DNA from: an uncultured virus (IMG/VR IMGVR_UViG_3300044657_000873)
Taxonomy: Duplodnaviria > Heunggongvirae > Uroviricota > Caudoviricetes
Virus record (IMG/VR): IMGVR_UViG_3300044657_000873
Length of the DNA stretch: 64,000 bases
Direction: 5' to 3' (one strand)
Under the pieces are notes generated by a model. That model saw only the letters and a program-made list of their open reading frames with translations. It ran no database searches and was not told the origin of the DNA. The position numbers were made by a program, and so were the translations under genes. Below, piece by piece: positions 39,745 through 49,319 of the stretch. How positions within the stretch are numbered: the stretch's first letter is position 1; each line of letters opens with the position of its first letter.

Positions 39745-40069
39745 TTAAAAATCCTCGTTGAGCCTTGGTTAAGTAAATTGAATTATTAGTTTTTAAATAT
39801 GTAACATAAAAATCAAAAGTGCTTCTTGAAACGCTTTTAATTTGCGTATCTAGATTTCTCTCTCTTCTACCGTATGGACCCGTTGGGTCGAATGGTGTAC
39901 TTTGATAGATTCTAATATAATAAGTTTCTTTATCTTCTAAATTCTGCACAATTTTAGCATAGTGCGGCAATTTATGCTGTTCATCTTTGTTTAATACTTC
40001 TCCAGTTTTTCCAAACAGAAGTACAGTCTTTTCTTCTTGTGGTAAAAATTTTTCGTCAACAAACCTCAT
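39737..40069 (-). CDS. Hypothetical protein
   Basis: 110 aa, coupled. Confidence 0.55.
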   Translation of the reverse strand: MRFVDEKFLPQEEKTVLLFGKTGEVLNKDEQHKLPHYAKIVQNLEDKETYYIRIYQSTPFDPTGPYGRRERNLDTQIKSVSRSTFDFYVTYLKTNNSIYLTKAQRGFLND

Positions 40070-40419
40070 TTACGGCCTCCCATGATATATTTAGTTTTTT
40101 GTTGCTGTGTCATTTTATTAATTTCTTTTGGTGTAGCATTTCCATACTTGTCGTACCAAGCCTTTGGTACTTCTGGTGTTGACTCACGTTTTTTTGCTTC
40201 TGCTTCTGCGATTTTGTTTTTGTTTTCTCTAGCGTTTTTATCCGCAAGACCTCCAATAGTTTCGCTTCCAGAAACAAATCCATAAAAACCCCCAGTCAAA
40301 ACTTTAAACAGTTTCTTCTTACCACACTCAGGGCATTTCTTGAGTGGGTCGTCAGTCATCTTTTGCAACTTTTCAAAAGAGTGTTCACATGCACTACACT
40401 CATAAACATATGTTGGCAT
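40066..40419 (-). CDS. FmdB-family zinc ribbon protein
   Basis: [11 protein letters not shown]...CPECG. Confidence 0.85.
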   Translation of the reverse strand: MPTYVYECSACEHSFEKLQKMTDDPLKKCPECGKKKLFKVLTGGFYGFVSGSETIGGLADKNARENKNKIAEAEAKKRESTPEVPKAWYDKYGNATPKEINKMTQQQKTKYIMGGRK

Positions 40420-41091
40420 TTAGTTCTCCAATGCTCTTAAAAATCTTCCTATAATCCCATTCCTCTGAATGTCCTCATAGTCTAATTCGCAGATTCCAAT
40501 ACCGTCAATACGGTCTAGTCTATTCATGCAAAACTCAAGACCACTCCGACCACGCAGATCATCTTGTTCAATATCTCCATTGATAATGACTTTACTGTTT
40601 TCGCCCATACGAGAGACAAACATTTTAATCTGATCTTCAGTACAGTTTTGTGCCTCATCCAAAATCATGTAAGAGTTATGAAATGTAGACCCTCTCATGA
40701 CTTCTAAAGGTTTGTACTGGATCTTACCCTCATTGGAATAAAGACCGTAGTGTGCTTGACCAAGAAAGTGTTTTAGGTTTTCTTCCATTGGTAAAAGATA
40801 AGGTGCGATTTTCTCACCCATTTCTCCCGGCAAAGCCCCAATGTCTTTACCAGTACAAACTAATGGTCTAGTTACAATGATTTGCTCATTTTTTCCGTTA
40901 TATAAGTGCTCTGCTGCAATTCCTGCGGCTATGAACGATTTGCCAGAACCAGCAGGGCCAGAGCAAAAAATAATGTCATTCTCTACAATCGCCCTAATAT
41001 AATCTCTTTGATTATCTGTTTTTGCTTCTAAAGGCTTAATTTTGTGATTAGATTTCTTGTTGTCGTCTCGTCTTTGTCGTTTAGTTCTCAT
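40420..41091 (-). CDS. phoH: PhoH-like ATPase
   Basis: GPAGSGKS, GALPG, MRGSTF, DEAQN, GDIEQDD. Confidence 0.93.
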   Translation of the reverse strand: MRTKRQRRDDNKKSNHKIKPLEAKTDNQRDYIRAIVENDIIFCSGPAGSGKSFIAAGIAAEHLYNGKNEQIIVTRPLVCTGKDIGALPGEMGEKIAPYLLPMEENLKHFLGQAHYGLYSNEGKIQYKPLEVMRGSTFHNSYMILDEAQNCTEDQIKMFVSRMGENSKVIINGDIEQDDLRGRSGLEFCMNRLDRIDGIGICELDYEDIQRNGIIGRFLRALEN

Positions 41092-41114
41092 TTAAAACCC
41101 TTATCTGGAAAAGT

Positions 41115-41447
41115 TTATAGATCGGCCTCCTTAACGAACACACCGTCAACCATCTTACCTTTCCTATCTTCAATGTCATCCCATGCCTTCGCAAGACATT
41201 TAGAGATGTTTAATTTGTTCCTCTCTGCAATATTGATTAGTACAACAATCATGTCGCCAATATCGTCAGAGACATCTTTACCTTTGCAAATACTATCCGA
41301 AAGCTCACCGGCCTCCTGCATTAGCTTACAAAATTGATCTTTGTCTGTAGACCCTTCAATAAGATTACGGTCGTGATGCCACTGTGTAATCTTTGTAATA
41401 TAAGATTCAGTTCCAGTATTACAATAATCTTTACATACATTATTCAT
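41115..41447 (-). CDS. MazG-like NTP pyrophosphohydrolase
   Basis: KLMQEAGEL, DDIGD, DRKGKMVDGVFVKE. Confidence 0.85.
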   Translation of the reverse strand: MNNVCKDYCNTGTESYITKITQWHHDRNLIEGSTDKDQFCKLMQEAGELSDSICKGKDVSDDIGDMIVVLINIAERNKLNISKCLAKAWDDIEDRKGKMVDGVFVKEADL

Positions 41448-42516
41448 AAGTAAATCCTCCTAAATCCATATCGTCTAAATCATTCTTACTAGCACCGATT
41501 TTGTAGCTAGTAATTTCATGTTCCTGTGGAGCAACTTGAACGCTTTCGCTATGCATCCAAGCCTGCGTCCAACCTGCGATTGGGTTCTTTCCAACGTTTT
41601 CGTATGGAATCCCAATGGCTTTTCTTCGAGACATACAGAGCCAATCAATATACTGATGTAGTACAGTCTCATTGAGTCCAATGATTGATCCGTTTTGGAA
41701 CAGGTACGATGCCCATTCTTTTTCTTCTGCCGCTGCTCTATCAAACATTTCAATGGCGTCGTCTTGACATTTAGCGGCTGTACTAACAAACCCTTCTGAC
41801 TCTTCTGTGTGTAGAATCTTTAGAATTTGTTGAGTATTAGCTAGATGTAATGACTCATCACGTTTGATGAGCTTGATAATATCTGCATTGCCGACCATCT
41901 TCTTGTTCTCTGCAAACGCAAAGCTACAAACAAAACTCACATAGAAACGGATGGCTTCAAGGATGTTGATACTAACAATGGTCATATAGATTTGCTTCTT
42001 CAGATTAGATGGTTTGGTAGAGTCACAACTCATACCCATCAAGTTATTATAGTCTTCGATAGCACTATTTGCCCGCTTCATAATCTCTTTATCTTCATAA
42101 ATTCCGCTAAAAATTTCGGAACTGTCAGCAAAGACATTCTGAATGATATAGCTATAACTTTGTGAGTGAATCTTCTCAAAGAACTGCCAAGTCATCAGGC
42201 AGGCTTCTAGTTCTGTATTGGTGACGAACTCCAGTAGGGTAGGAACGCCACGGCAGATTACACTATCGAGCATAGTCTGGTATTTAAGATTAGACGTAAA
42301 GATAAACTTCTCATTGTCCGACATCTCTTTGAAGTCGCCGCGATCTTTCTTGAGTTCGATTTCTTCTGGTCGCCAGAAGTTCATCATCTGCTTGCTGTCA
42401 AGTTCTTTAAAGATAGGATACTTAACTACGTCATATCGCTGAAGACCAAGGTCTTTACCGAGAAAAAGCGGTTGTGACATTGGATCGACATTCTTGGTAT
42501 TAAAAATCGTCTTCAT
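41440..42516 (-). CDS. nrdB: Ribonucleotide reductase class Ia beta subunit
   Basis: FWRPEE, LDS, EKIHSQSY, EAIRFY, RDESLH, VAPQE. Confidence 0.95.
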   Translation of the reverse strand: MKTIFNTKNVDPMSQPLFLGKDLGLQRYDVVKYPIFKELDSKQMMNFWRPEEIELKKDRGDFKEMSDNEKFIFTSNLKYQTMLDSVICRGVPTLLEFVTNTELEACLMTWQFFEKIHSQSYSYIIQNVFADSSEIFSGIYEDKEIMKRANSAIEDYNNLMGMSCDSTKPSNLKKQIYMTIVSINILEAIRFYVSFVCSFAFAENKKMVGNADIIKLIKRDESLHLANTQQILKILHTEESEGFVSTAAKCQDDAIEMFDRAAAEEKEWASYLFQNGSIIGLNETVLHQYIDWLCMSRRKAIGIPYENVGKNPIAGWTQAWMHSESVQVAPQEHEITSYKIGASKNDLDDMDLGGFTYE

Positions 42517-42571
42517 TGTTTATCTCCCCTGCTTAAATTATCTAATGCTCAAAGAGGCTACAAAATAGTAT

Positions 42572-44800
42572 TCAAATCGAGCAAGCTCCAGATTCGCAAT
42601 TCATTTCTCTTTCAGTTTCGCCATCACCATCAGGTGTGTTGGCATAATAAAAATTCTTCAGTCCATACTTATAGCCATAGATTTGATCTTTAATAAGAAC
42701 ACTCAATGGGATATTTCCATCCTCATAGTGAGAGTAGTTATAATACAGGTTTGTACTTATACTCATATCCACAAACTTCTGGATCACAGCAGCCAAGTTG
42801 AGCATAGCTTTATTGTTTGGCATGTCCCACGCGAGTGTGTAGAAGTTCTTTCTCATGTGATAGTTTGGCACTAATTGTTTTAGCACGCCATTCTTTGCCT
42901 TTTTGTGAATCAGCAACGATCTGACGGGTTCAATTCCATTGGTAGAGTTCTGAATAACGGAGCTAGACTCACAAGGCATAATAGCAGATAAAGTAGAGTG
43001 CCGAAGACCGTGTTTTTTAATCCTTTCACGCAACCCCTCCCAATCCATATTATAATTAGGTTTAATTAATTCGTCTACAGTGTTCTTGTACCAGTCAATA
43101 GGTAACAAACCCTGTGAGTATTTAGTCTCACCAAACTTAGAACATGCACCCTTTTCTTCTGCCAACTCACAACTTGCATTTAGGAGATTCCATTGGATCT
43201 GTTCCATAGCCTCATGAACCAACTCTAACGCTCCGGCATCTTCGTATTTTAGTTTATTCTTAGCTAAGAAACCCGCAAGGTTAGTAATACCAATTCCAAG
43301 TGATCGCCTATTTTTGGTAAAGTTTTCGCCTGCAAGTACGGGGTAATCTTGGTAATCAATAACAGAGTCAAGAGTCCGTACAGCAATTCGACACGCTTCT
43401 TCAATATCTTTCTCATCATTCATCTCCAACAGGTTTAACGCAGACAAAATGCAAATGCCAATCTCGCCTTCTGCATCATCAATGGCCTGAATAGGTTTTG
43501 TCGGGTGAATAATTTCCTGACACAGATTTGACATATAACATGGTACATTCCACGATCCGTGTTCATTGGCTGAGTCAATATTCATACTGTAGATACGTCC
43601 AGTTTCCAAGCGTTCGCGAGCAAAGATTTCTGCCAGCTTTCTTGCTGGAATCTTCTTTCTAAACTTTAGTGATCTCTTGCCTTCATATTTAAGATATAGC
43701 TCTTCAAACTTTTCGTTATCACCAAACGCTTCATACAAACCATTTGTTTCATGAGGACTGAACAAAGTAATATCTTCATTGGCAATTAAACGGTCATAGA
43801 ATAGTTTACAAAACTGAATACTGTAGTCCAGCTTTCTAACTCTGTTATCGTCAGTCCCTGCATTATTCTTAAGCACAAGAATGTCTTCAATCTCAAAGTG
43901 CCAGAAAGGTACGTGGACTGTTGCCGATCCTCCCCGAAGTCCATTCTGAGACGTTGATTTAACTGCTGACTCAAAGTTTTTTAGGTATGGTATGAGTCCT
44001 GTATGGATGACTTCTCCACACCTGATAGGTGAGTTGATTGGTCTCATACGTCCGATGTTGAGTCCAATTCCTGCTCGTCTAGCGGTGTACTTTCCAACGG
44101 CGTGTATGCTACTAAAGATAGCATCAAGATTGTCGTCTACATCGACGAGAACGCAGGATGCGAACTGACGAATATTGGTACGCACACCAGCCATAATAGG
44201 AGTAGGAAGATTAATCTGAAACGTGGAGTAACAGTCATACGCTTGTTTTACCTCGTTAATATCATCGAATAGACACATAGCAATAGCCATATAAGCAAAC
44301 TGTGGGGTCTCATAGATATGGCCCGTACTTCTATTCTTTACTAAGTATTTATCAATCATTTGCTGTAGACCAGCATATGTAAACATATCATCACGATTGT
44401 GACTAATATACTTACCAAAGGCATCAATTTCTTCTTCACTCCACTTCTTCTCCAGTTGTGGGTCATAGATGCCATTATCTACGTTTCTACGAATGAAAAT
44501 CAGGAAGTCAGTGGGCTGATCTCCGTAGCCCCAAACTTCTTTTCTGAGTTGCATATTCAGCAGTCTAGCGGCGACATACTGATAGTTGGGTGAAGATGTT
44601 GATATCAAATCGCTTGCTGACTTGATGAGAATCTGATGAATCTCTGAGCTAGTAATTCCATCATACAGGGACAGGTTCGCGTTCATCTCAACGTCAGAGA
44701 GTGACACACCGTTAATACCTTTAACCGCCCAGCTTACAACTTTGTGGATCTTTTCTACTGAGAAATCTTCTTTAGATCCACCGCGTTTTGTAACCTGCAT
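42572..44800 (-). CDS. nrdA: Ribonucleotide reductase class Ia alpha subunit with ATP cone
   Basis: VTKR, PTP, SCVL, NLCQEI, CIL, terminal CESGAC. Confidence 0.96.
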   Translation of the reverse strand: MQVTKRGGSKEDFSVEKIHKVVSWAVKGINGVSLSDVEMNANLSLYDGITSSEIHQILIKSASDLISTSSPNYQYVAARLLNMQLRKEVWGYGDQPTDFLIFIRRNVDNGIYDPQLEKKWSEEEIDAFGKYISHNRDDMFTYAGLQQMIDKYLVKNRSTGHIYETPQFAYMAIAMCLFDDINEVKQAYDCYSTFQINLPTPIMAGVRTNIRQFASCVLVDVDDNLDAIFSSIHAVGKYTARRAGIGLNIGRMRPINSPIRCGEVIHTGLIPYLKNFESAVKSTSQNGLRGGSATVHVPFWHFEIEDILVLKNNAGTDDNRVRKLDYSIQFCKLFYDRLIANEDITLFSPHETNGLYEAFGDNEKFEELYLKYEGKRSLKFRKKIPARKLAEIFARERLETGRIYSMNIDSANEHGSWNVPCYMSNLCQEIIHPTKPIQAIDDAEGEIGICILSALNLLEMNDEKDIEEACRIAVRTLDSVIDYQDYPVLAGENFTKNRRSLGIGITNLAGFLAKNKLKYEDAGALELVHEAMEQIQWNLLNASCELAEEKGACSKFGETKYSQGLLPIDWYKNTVDELIKPNYNMDWEGLRERIKKHGLRHSTLSAIMPCESSSVIQNSTNGIEPVRSLLIHKKAKNGVLKQLVPNYHMRKNFYTLAWDMPNNKAMLNLAAVIQKFVDMSISTNLYYNYSHYEDGNIPLSVLIKDQIYGYKYGLKNFYYANTPDGDGETEREMNCESGACSI

Positions 44801-44856
44801 CTAGTTGTTCCTATCTTTATACAAATATTGTCGAATGTAGCGGGTTCTTGTACTCT

Positions 44857-44885
44857 ATTATAGTCTACGAAGCCGGTTTTGTCAA
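44857..44885 (-). promoter_or_regulatory. Consensus sigma70 promoter for nrdA
   Basis: TTGACA-17-TATAAT with GTAGAC before the -10. Confidence 0.85.
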
Positions 44886-44896
44886 GAGGAAAGTAC

Positions 44897-44941
44897 AAAA
44901 AAACCTCTCTAAAGTAGATATCGTTCCACTAAAGAGAGGTA
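44897..44941 (-). terminator. Terminator closing the membrane/protease operon
   Basis: ACCTCTCT...AGAGAGGT stem with U-run on - strand. Confidence 0.65.
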
Positions 44942-44947
44942 AAATTT

Positions 44948-45121
44948 TTATTGTTTGATAGAGAGTTCCATTCCGTCACCAATGTCGATAATCAAATAGT
45001 TTTCGCCGTTACGTTTTACGAACTCAACCTTATCCATCATTCTTTTCGCCTTGTCAATATCTTTACGCTCAATGCCGTACTTGTCCATCATTCTGTCAAG
45101 CAATACATCTATTAAGCTCAT
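44948..45121 (-). CDS. Small hypothetical protein
   Basis: MSLIDVLL..., ATGA overlap with upstream gene. Confidence 0.5.
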   Translation of the reverse strand: MSLIDVLLDRMMDKYGIERKDIDKAKRMMDKVEFVKRNGENYLIIDIGDGMELSIKQ

Positions 45122-45597
45122 TGATTGGCACTCCAAGCTACTGCTTCGAGGACATCTACAAGATCTTGACGCTTACTATCGGTCAAAGGCTGATTCTCTA
45201 AACCAATGGAATTTTGGACTGCATATTCTACAGCGTCACCGAAACCCCTGTATTTACCGGCAAAGTCTGTATCAAAATGCAGGATGCCTGCCATTACATT
45301 AAAGTTGGCAAACTGGCCCGTTGTTTTGATGATCTTATCGTCATCTCTTAAAACGTCTGCTAGTTCTAGGAAGAAGTAAGAAACAAGCTCTCTATCTTCT
45401 TTTGAAAAATCAATCTTGACAATGTCATCGACTAATTCTTTATTCTCTAAAGATGGCTCATTCACTTTTACGTCTGGATCGTCTGGCACAATATTGATAA
45501 TATCTACATTGTTTTTAACCCACTCAAATGCAGGTTCGCCAAAAAGTGCAATCACACACAGAACAGCAGCTAATATCGTTCTGAGTTGATTACTCAT
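45118..45597 (-). CDS. Membrane-anchored/secreted protein
   Basis: N-terminal hydrophobic ILAAVLCVIALFG, Pro linker, helical domain. Confidence 0.6.
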   Translation of the reverse strand: MSNQLRTILAAVLCVIALFGEPAFEWVKNNVDIINIVPDDPDVKVNEPSLENKELVDDIVKIDFSKEDRELVSYFFLELADVLRDDDKIIKTTGQFANFNVMAGILHFDTDFAGKYRGFGDAVEYAVQNSIGLENQPLTDSKRQDLVDVLEAVAWSANQ

Positions 45598-45865
45598 TCT
45601 TTACCTCCTGAATCACAAATAACGGGAAGATTTCTTTGAGTTCTCTGGCAGCATCCTCCATGCCCTGAGCCTCACAGCAATCACATAAGTGTTCCCAACA
45701 CTTAACAACATCAACCAGTCCGTCGCAAATATTCACATGCTCAGGTGCGGGTGGCACAGGTGGCGACGTAGGGGCAGATGAAATAAGCCCTTTAAACTTC
45801 TCAAAAACCACTGGTGCAACTAAAAAAATAGCAGCAGCTAGCATGACCCACTGAAATGTATTCAT
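45590..45865 (-). CDS. Small membrane protein with Pro linker and Cys-rich domain
   Basis: WVMLAAAIFLVAPVV; PTSPPVPPAP; four Cys. Confidence 0.6.
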   Translation of the reverse strand: MNTFQWVMLAAAIFLVAPVVFEKFKGLISSAPTSPPVPPAPEHVNICDGLVDVVKCWEHLCDCCEAQGMEDAARELKEIFPLFVIQEVKNE

Positions 45866-46201
45866 CTACTTTCCTCCAATCTCTTCTAAAATATTGTTCA
45901 ATTCTTTATCCGACAAATTTTTGCCAACATCAAGAAAAGCTCCGTACATCGTATTTCTACGGGAGCCTCCTTTGACCTGTTGTTTTCTGATCTCTCTTTT
46001 GAGAAAGAGTTTAAATAACCAAGAGGGATTCCGCAGTTGCTCACGAACCTTACTTTTGCTTCTGCAACTCCACCAAAGTTTTACAAGATTGGTGATGATG
46101 CTGATAATAATTGAGATAGTCATTGGGTCTAGCCCAAAGTTCTTATCTTTGCCTGCAACGTGAGAAGATATTCTTGTTGCTACTTTGTTTAAATCATTCA
46201 T
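45866..46201 (-). CDS. Small membrane-associated protein
   Basis: DPMTISIIISIITNLVKLWWSC followed by a basic segment. Confidence 0.6.
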   Translation of the reverse strand: MNDLNKVATRISSHVAGKDKNFGLDPMTISIIISIITNLVKLWWSCRSKSKVREQLRNPSWLFKLFLKREIRKQQVKGGSRRNTMYGAFLDVGKNLSDKELNNILEEIGGK

Positions 46202-46779
46202 AGTGCCTTACCCAATTGTTTAATCATGACCTCTGCACTCACTCCACCGACATTTCTTTGAAGTGGGGTATCCAAATTATCTGCATCTAACAATATAATT
46301 GTAGGGTACGAAGTCACTTTATAGTACGAGAAATACTTCTTATGATCTTCGTTGTCTGCATCGAACACAAAAAGTTTTACATTTTTATCTTTTAGAAACT
46401 CAATCATTTTTTCATCAGGCCAAGTATTCTTAATCATCTGCTGGCATGGCCCACACCATTCAGCACCAAAATGATATACATTGTATTCTGGTTCGATATC
46501 AGCAGCGACAGGTTCTTTTCCATCTTTCTCCTTGCAGGCTGGACAGCCGGGGCAAAGCGTTCTGTGACCATCACCATGAGTAATATAACCAGAGCCATCA
46601 CATTGTTCTACATCGTCTTCATCTGGAATTGTATTTGGAGTGTTCATTACAGCAACAGCTAAACGTGTCGCCTGATAAGCCCTAATTTTCTTAGCGTGGT
46701 CGTAATCTTGTGCGACAATACCACTACAACCAACAACCAGCAAACATAATGATAGTGCAAATACTGAGTTTCTATACAC
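46198..46779 (-). CDS. Lipoprotein thioredoxin
   Basis: GTG start after GAGGAG; signal ending LVVG-C; CDGSG...CPGCPAC; WCGPC; TSYPT. Confidence 0.8.
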   Translation of the reverse strand: MYRNSVFALSLCLLVVGCSGIVAQDYDHAKKIRAYQATRLAVAVMNTPNTIPDEDDVEQCDGSGYITHGDGHRTLCPGCPACKEKDGKEPVAADIEPEYNVYHFGAEWCGPCQQMIKNTWPDEKMIEFLKDKNVKLFVFDADNEDHKKYFSYYKVTSYPTIILLDADNLDTPLQRNVGGVSAEVMIKQLGKAL

Positions 46780-46789
46780 TTTTATCTCC

Positions 46790-47713
46790 TCATAAATATT
46801 TATTGAATCCGTAGTCGGGAAGTTTTCTCGCGGGGAAACCATTTACATTACTAAAGACCCAAGAGCCTCTTGATCCCAACATACCTCTAGCATCTTTTTC
46901 TCTGATCCAAAAGCTACCGTCTGGTTGTCCGTGAACCTTGGGACCATTATTCCATTTACCCCAACTGTTTTGAACCAAAAATAAGGTTTCGTTATATCTT
47001 TTTCTCGTATCGTCGCAAGCAATCCAAGCCATAGCATGTGACCAACCGTCCGATCTCTTTGCTATACCTTTAGAATCTCGCCTACTAGAAAAACCATAAC
47101 CAGAACACACTGATATGCCGTAACCATTAGCTAAAGCATCTCTGGCCTCTTCTACTGTAGAGATCAAAGATATGGTCTCTACTTGGTGTCTCTGAGCTTC
47201 AGTCTTGTAGATACTATCGGGAATGCGACCTTGTGACCCAGTGTTTGAGTTATAGACAGACAAATCAATGTCGCCATAATCTTTTCTTAAAAGAATTCCA
47301 CCCTTCTCGTAGACGTATTTAGCGGCTCCAGAGCAAGTCATCCCTTGACCTCTGTGACCTCTACTTTGATAGATAGCCTCCGTTGCACTTCTAACAATGA
47401 AATCTTCTGACTCACCCTTGATATCAATTTCAACTGCTCTGGTTAAGTCTAATGCATTTCTAGTTGCATGACTTACACAGTCGCCAGTTGTTTGCCGCTC
47501 TGCTGGGCCAAACCCCTTATCGAATTTGAGCAAAGAAAGAAAGGGCAGGGAAAGTTTACCTTCCCCTGCTCCAAATAGCTTATAAGCAGTAGTACCAAAA
47601 AGTGGGGTCTTTAACCGGCCTAACAATTCTGCGGTTTCTTCTGGGTCACATACAGCACCCTCAAAACCGTTGCGATATGCGTTAAGCAAATTGCGTGCGG
47701 TGTTAAAGTCCAT
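46790..47713 (-). CDS. Papain-like (C1) cysteine peptidase
   Basis: QTTGDC (oxyanion Q, catalytic C), SHAM (His), QNSWG (Asn), GSFWI. Confidence 0.85.
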   Translation of the reverse strand: MDFNTARNLLNAYRNGFEGAVCDPEETAELLGRLKTPLFGTTAYKLFGAGEGKLSLPFLSLLKFDKGFGPAERQTTGDCVSHATRNALDLTRAVEIDIKGESEDFIVRSATEAIYQSRGHRGQGMTCSGAAKYVYEKGGILLRKDYGDIDLSVYNSNTGSQGRIPDSIYKTEAQRHQVETISLISTVEEARDALANGYGISVCSGYGFSSRRDSKGIAKRSDGWSHAMAWIACDDTRKRYNETLFLVQNSWGKWNNGPKVHGQPDGSFWIREKDARGMLGSRGSWVFSNVNGFPARKLPDYGFNKYL

Positions 47714-47730
47714 TATTTACTCCTACTGTC

Positions 47731-47949
47731 TTAATCTTTCGGTGAAGCGTCTTTGAGCCACTTGATCGCGGTATCAAGACCAAGAGCGATGATTGGAACA
47801 ATAAGCGGAGCATAATGTCCAATGTCAAGAACATGCAAGTTTTCTGCAATAACAGTCAGTGCTGCTGCACCGCCCACCAAAATAGCGGTTTTGACGACAC
47901 CAGAAATGTCGCTCAAGTTTAAAGTAAATCTTTTACTGCCTTTGTTCAT
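47731..47949 (-). CDS. Holin-like protein with two TM segments
   Basis: 72 aa, two hydrophobic stretches, charged termini. Confidence 0.6.
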   Translation of the reverse strand: MNKGSKRFTLNLSDISGVVKTAILVGGAAALTVIAENLHVLDIGHYAPLIVPIIALGLDTAIKWLKDASPKD

Positions 47950-48530
47950 TTCTCATTCTCCTGTAAATAAAGATGAATTAAAAATCCTTCATGAATACCT
48001 TTACCAAGTTTGTAAGGGTGTCCAACAAAATGTATGGGCCTTCCATGAACGGAGATGGTTTCAATGTCAATCTTCCTGCACATTTTCAAACAAGAGTCAA
48101 ACTCTTTCAGAAAATGCTCTCTTCGATCATCTTCGATAACCGTTAGCCAATCGAATTCGTCTTTACAACCACCGTTGTCGTTTGTTAATTCTAAAAATGC
48201 TTCGTTGCACCAAGTTAATCTACCCTTAATATCTGTCTCAAAAAGCGGACTCTCGTTATAGTGAAGGGCGGCTTTCGATCTTTGATCTAATACCTTTTGT
48301 CTAGTTTCTATTCTATCACAAGCCTTTTTCAATGAATTTACAGTATCTTTTAAAGATTTGCCACTATTAGGCGTAACTTCTGCTTTAATAATGCTAATTG
48401 ATTTCTTTACTTCTTCTTCAAATCTTTGAAATGACTTGACAAAGCTAAAGATTTTGTACAAAAAACCTAACACTCCGATGAATGCACCGATAAGTGTTGC
48501 TATTGCTCCTGCAAACTCCGGCGTAACCAT
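47946..48530 (-). CDS. TM + coiled-coil + PAS domain protein
   Basis: N-terminal TM; PNSGKSLKD; FETDIKGRLTWCNEAF...WLTVIEDDRRE (PAS-like). Confidence 0.65.
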   Translation of the reverse strand: MVTPEFAGAIATLIGAFIGVLGFLYKIFSFVKSFQRFEEEVKKSISIIKAEVTPNSGKSLKDTVNSLKKACDRIETRQKVLDQRSKAALHYNESPLFETDIKGRLTWCNEAFLELTNDNGGCKDEFDWLTVIEDDRREHFLKEFDSCLKMCRKIDIETISVHGRPIHFVGHPYKLGKGIHEGFLIHLYLQENEK

Positions 48531-48549
48531 TATAAACCTCCATAAAGGA

Positions 48550-48582
48550 AAACCTAGCCCCCATCTCTGAGGGCTAAGTTAA
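48550..48582 (-). terminator. Terminator or attenuating hairpin
   Basis: AACCTAGCCC...GGGCTAAGTT. Confidence 0.6.
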
Positions 48583-48597
48583 ATTTGTATAGGAAGT

Positions 48598-49236
48598 TTA
48601 TGCTTCAGGAGCTTCTTTTGATTTGAAGTCATCCTGAATTGGGTTCGCTGAACCATCTCTGTAAACAAACTCACCGGGAATAGCACGAGTGGTATTCGCA
48701 GCAGAGTCAGCAGAGTTGGTTGCACCACCAGCAACAGCGGGGTCGATGTAATTCTTCTCAGATCCACCACCAGTAATAGTTCTGTAAGAATTGATACCCG
48801 AAGCTGGAGCAGCCAATATATCAATAGTCATATCACCATAATCACGGGTCGTTTCAAGACTAGCGATATTGCCACGAACTGGGTCAGGACCGGCTTGACC
48901 ACCAATCAAGGTTGTGTTAGCAACACCACCAAGAGTAGTGGAAACATTACCACCCTTAACAACCCACTCAGTAGTACTAGCCTGATAAGCGATTGTGCCA
49001 CCAGAAACAGCTTTACCAACACCAACCCTGTCAGTGTATTGATTACCTGTTCCATCGTTAGCAACAACCTTCGAACCAAAGGTTTGGCCTTGATCGTCAG
49101 CAATCTCGGCCAAGGTAAGGCTCTTAGTCATGACACCGGCAGCGTTTGAGCCACCACGAATGACGGTTCCACCGTCACGGACTTCTCCGTTACCAACAAC
49201 TTCATCGCCAGCACCGGAAGGACGTACAGTAGCCAT
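48598..49236 (-). CDS. Probable virion structural protein
   Basis: Gly/Thr/Ala-rich, strong SD, own promoter candidate and terminator. Confidence 0.5.
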   Translation of the reverse strand: MATVRPSGAGDEVVGNGEVRDGGTVIRGGSNAAGVMTKSLTLAEIADDQGQTFGSKVVANDGTGNQYTDRVGVGKAVSGGTIAYQASTTEWVVKGGNVSTTLGGVANTTLIGGQAGPDPVRGNIASLETTRDYGDMTIDILAAPASGINSYRTITGGGSEKNYIDPAVAGGATNSADSAANTTRAIPGEFVYRDGSANPIQDDFKSKEAPEA

Positions 49237-49310
49237 AGTAAATCTCCTAATTGAAATAAATAAAAAGTGTTAGATTTCCCGGTGTCCTGATCGTAGTCCA
49301 AGTCCGTTAT

Positions 49311-49319
49311 ATTATACAC
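49311..49319 (-). promoter_or_regulatory. Candidate late-type promoter GTGTATAAT
   Basis: Overlaps the sigma gene stop, upstream of the 212-aa gene. Confidence 0.4.
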
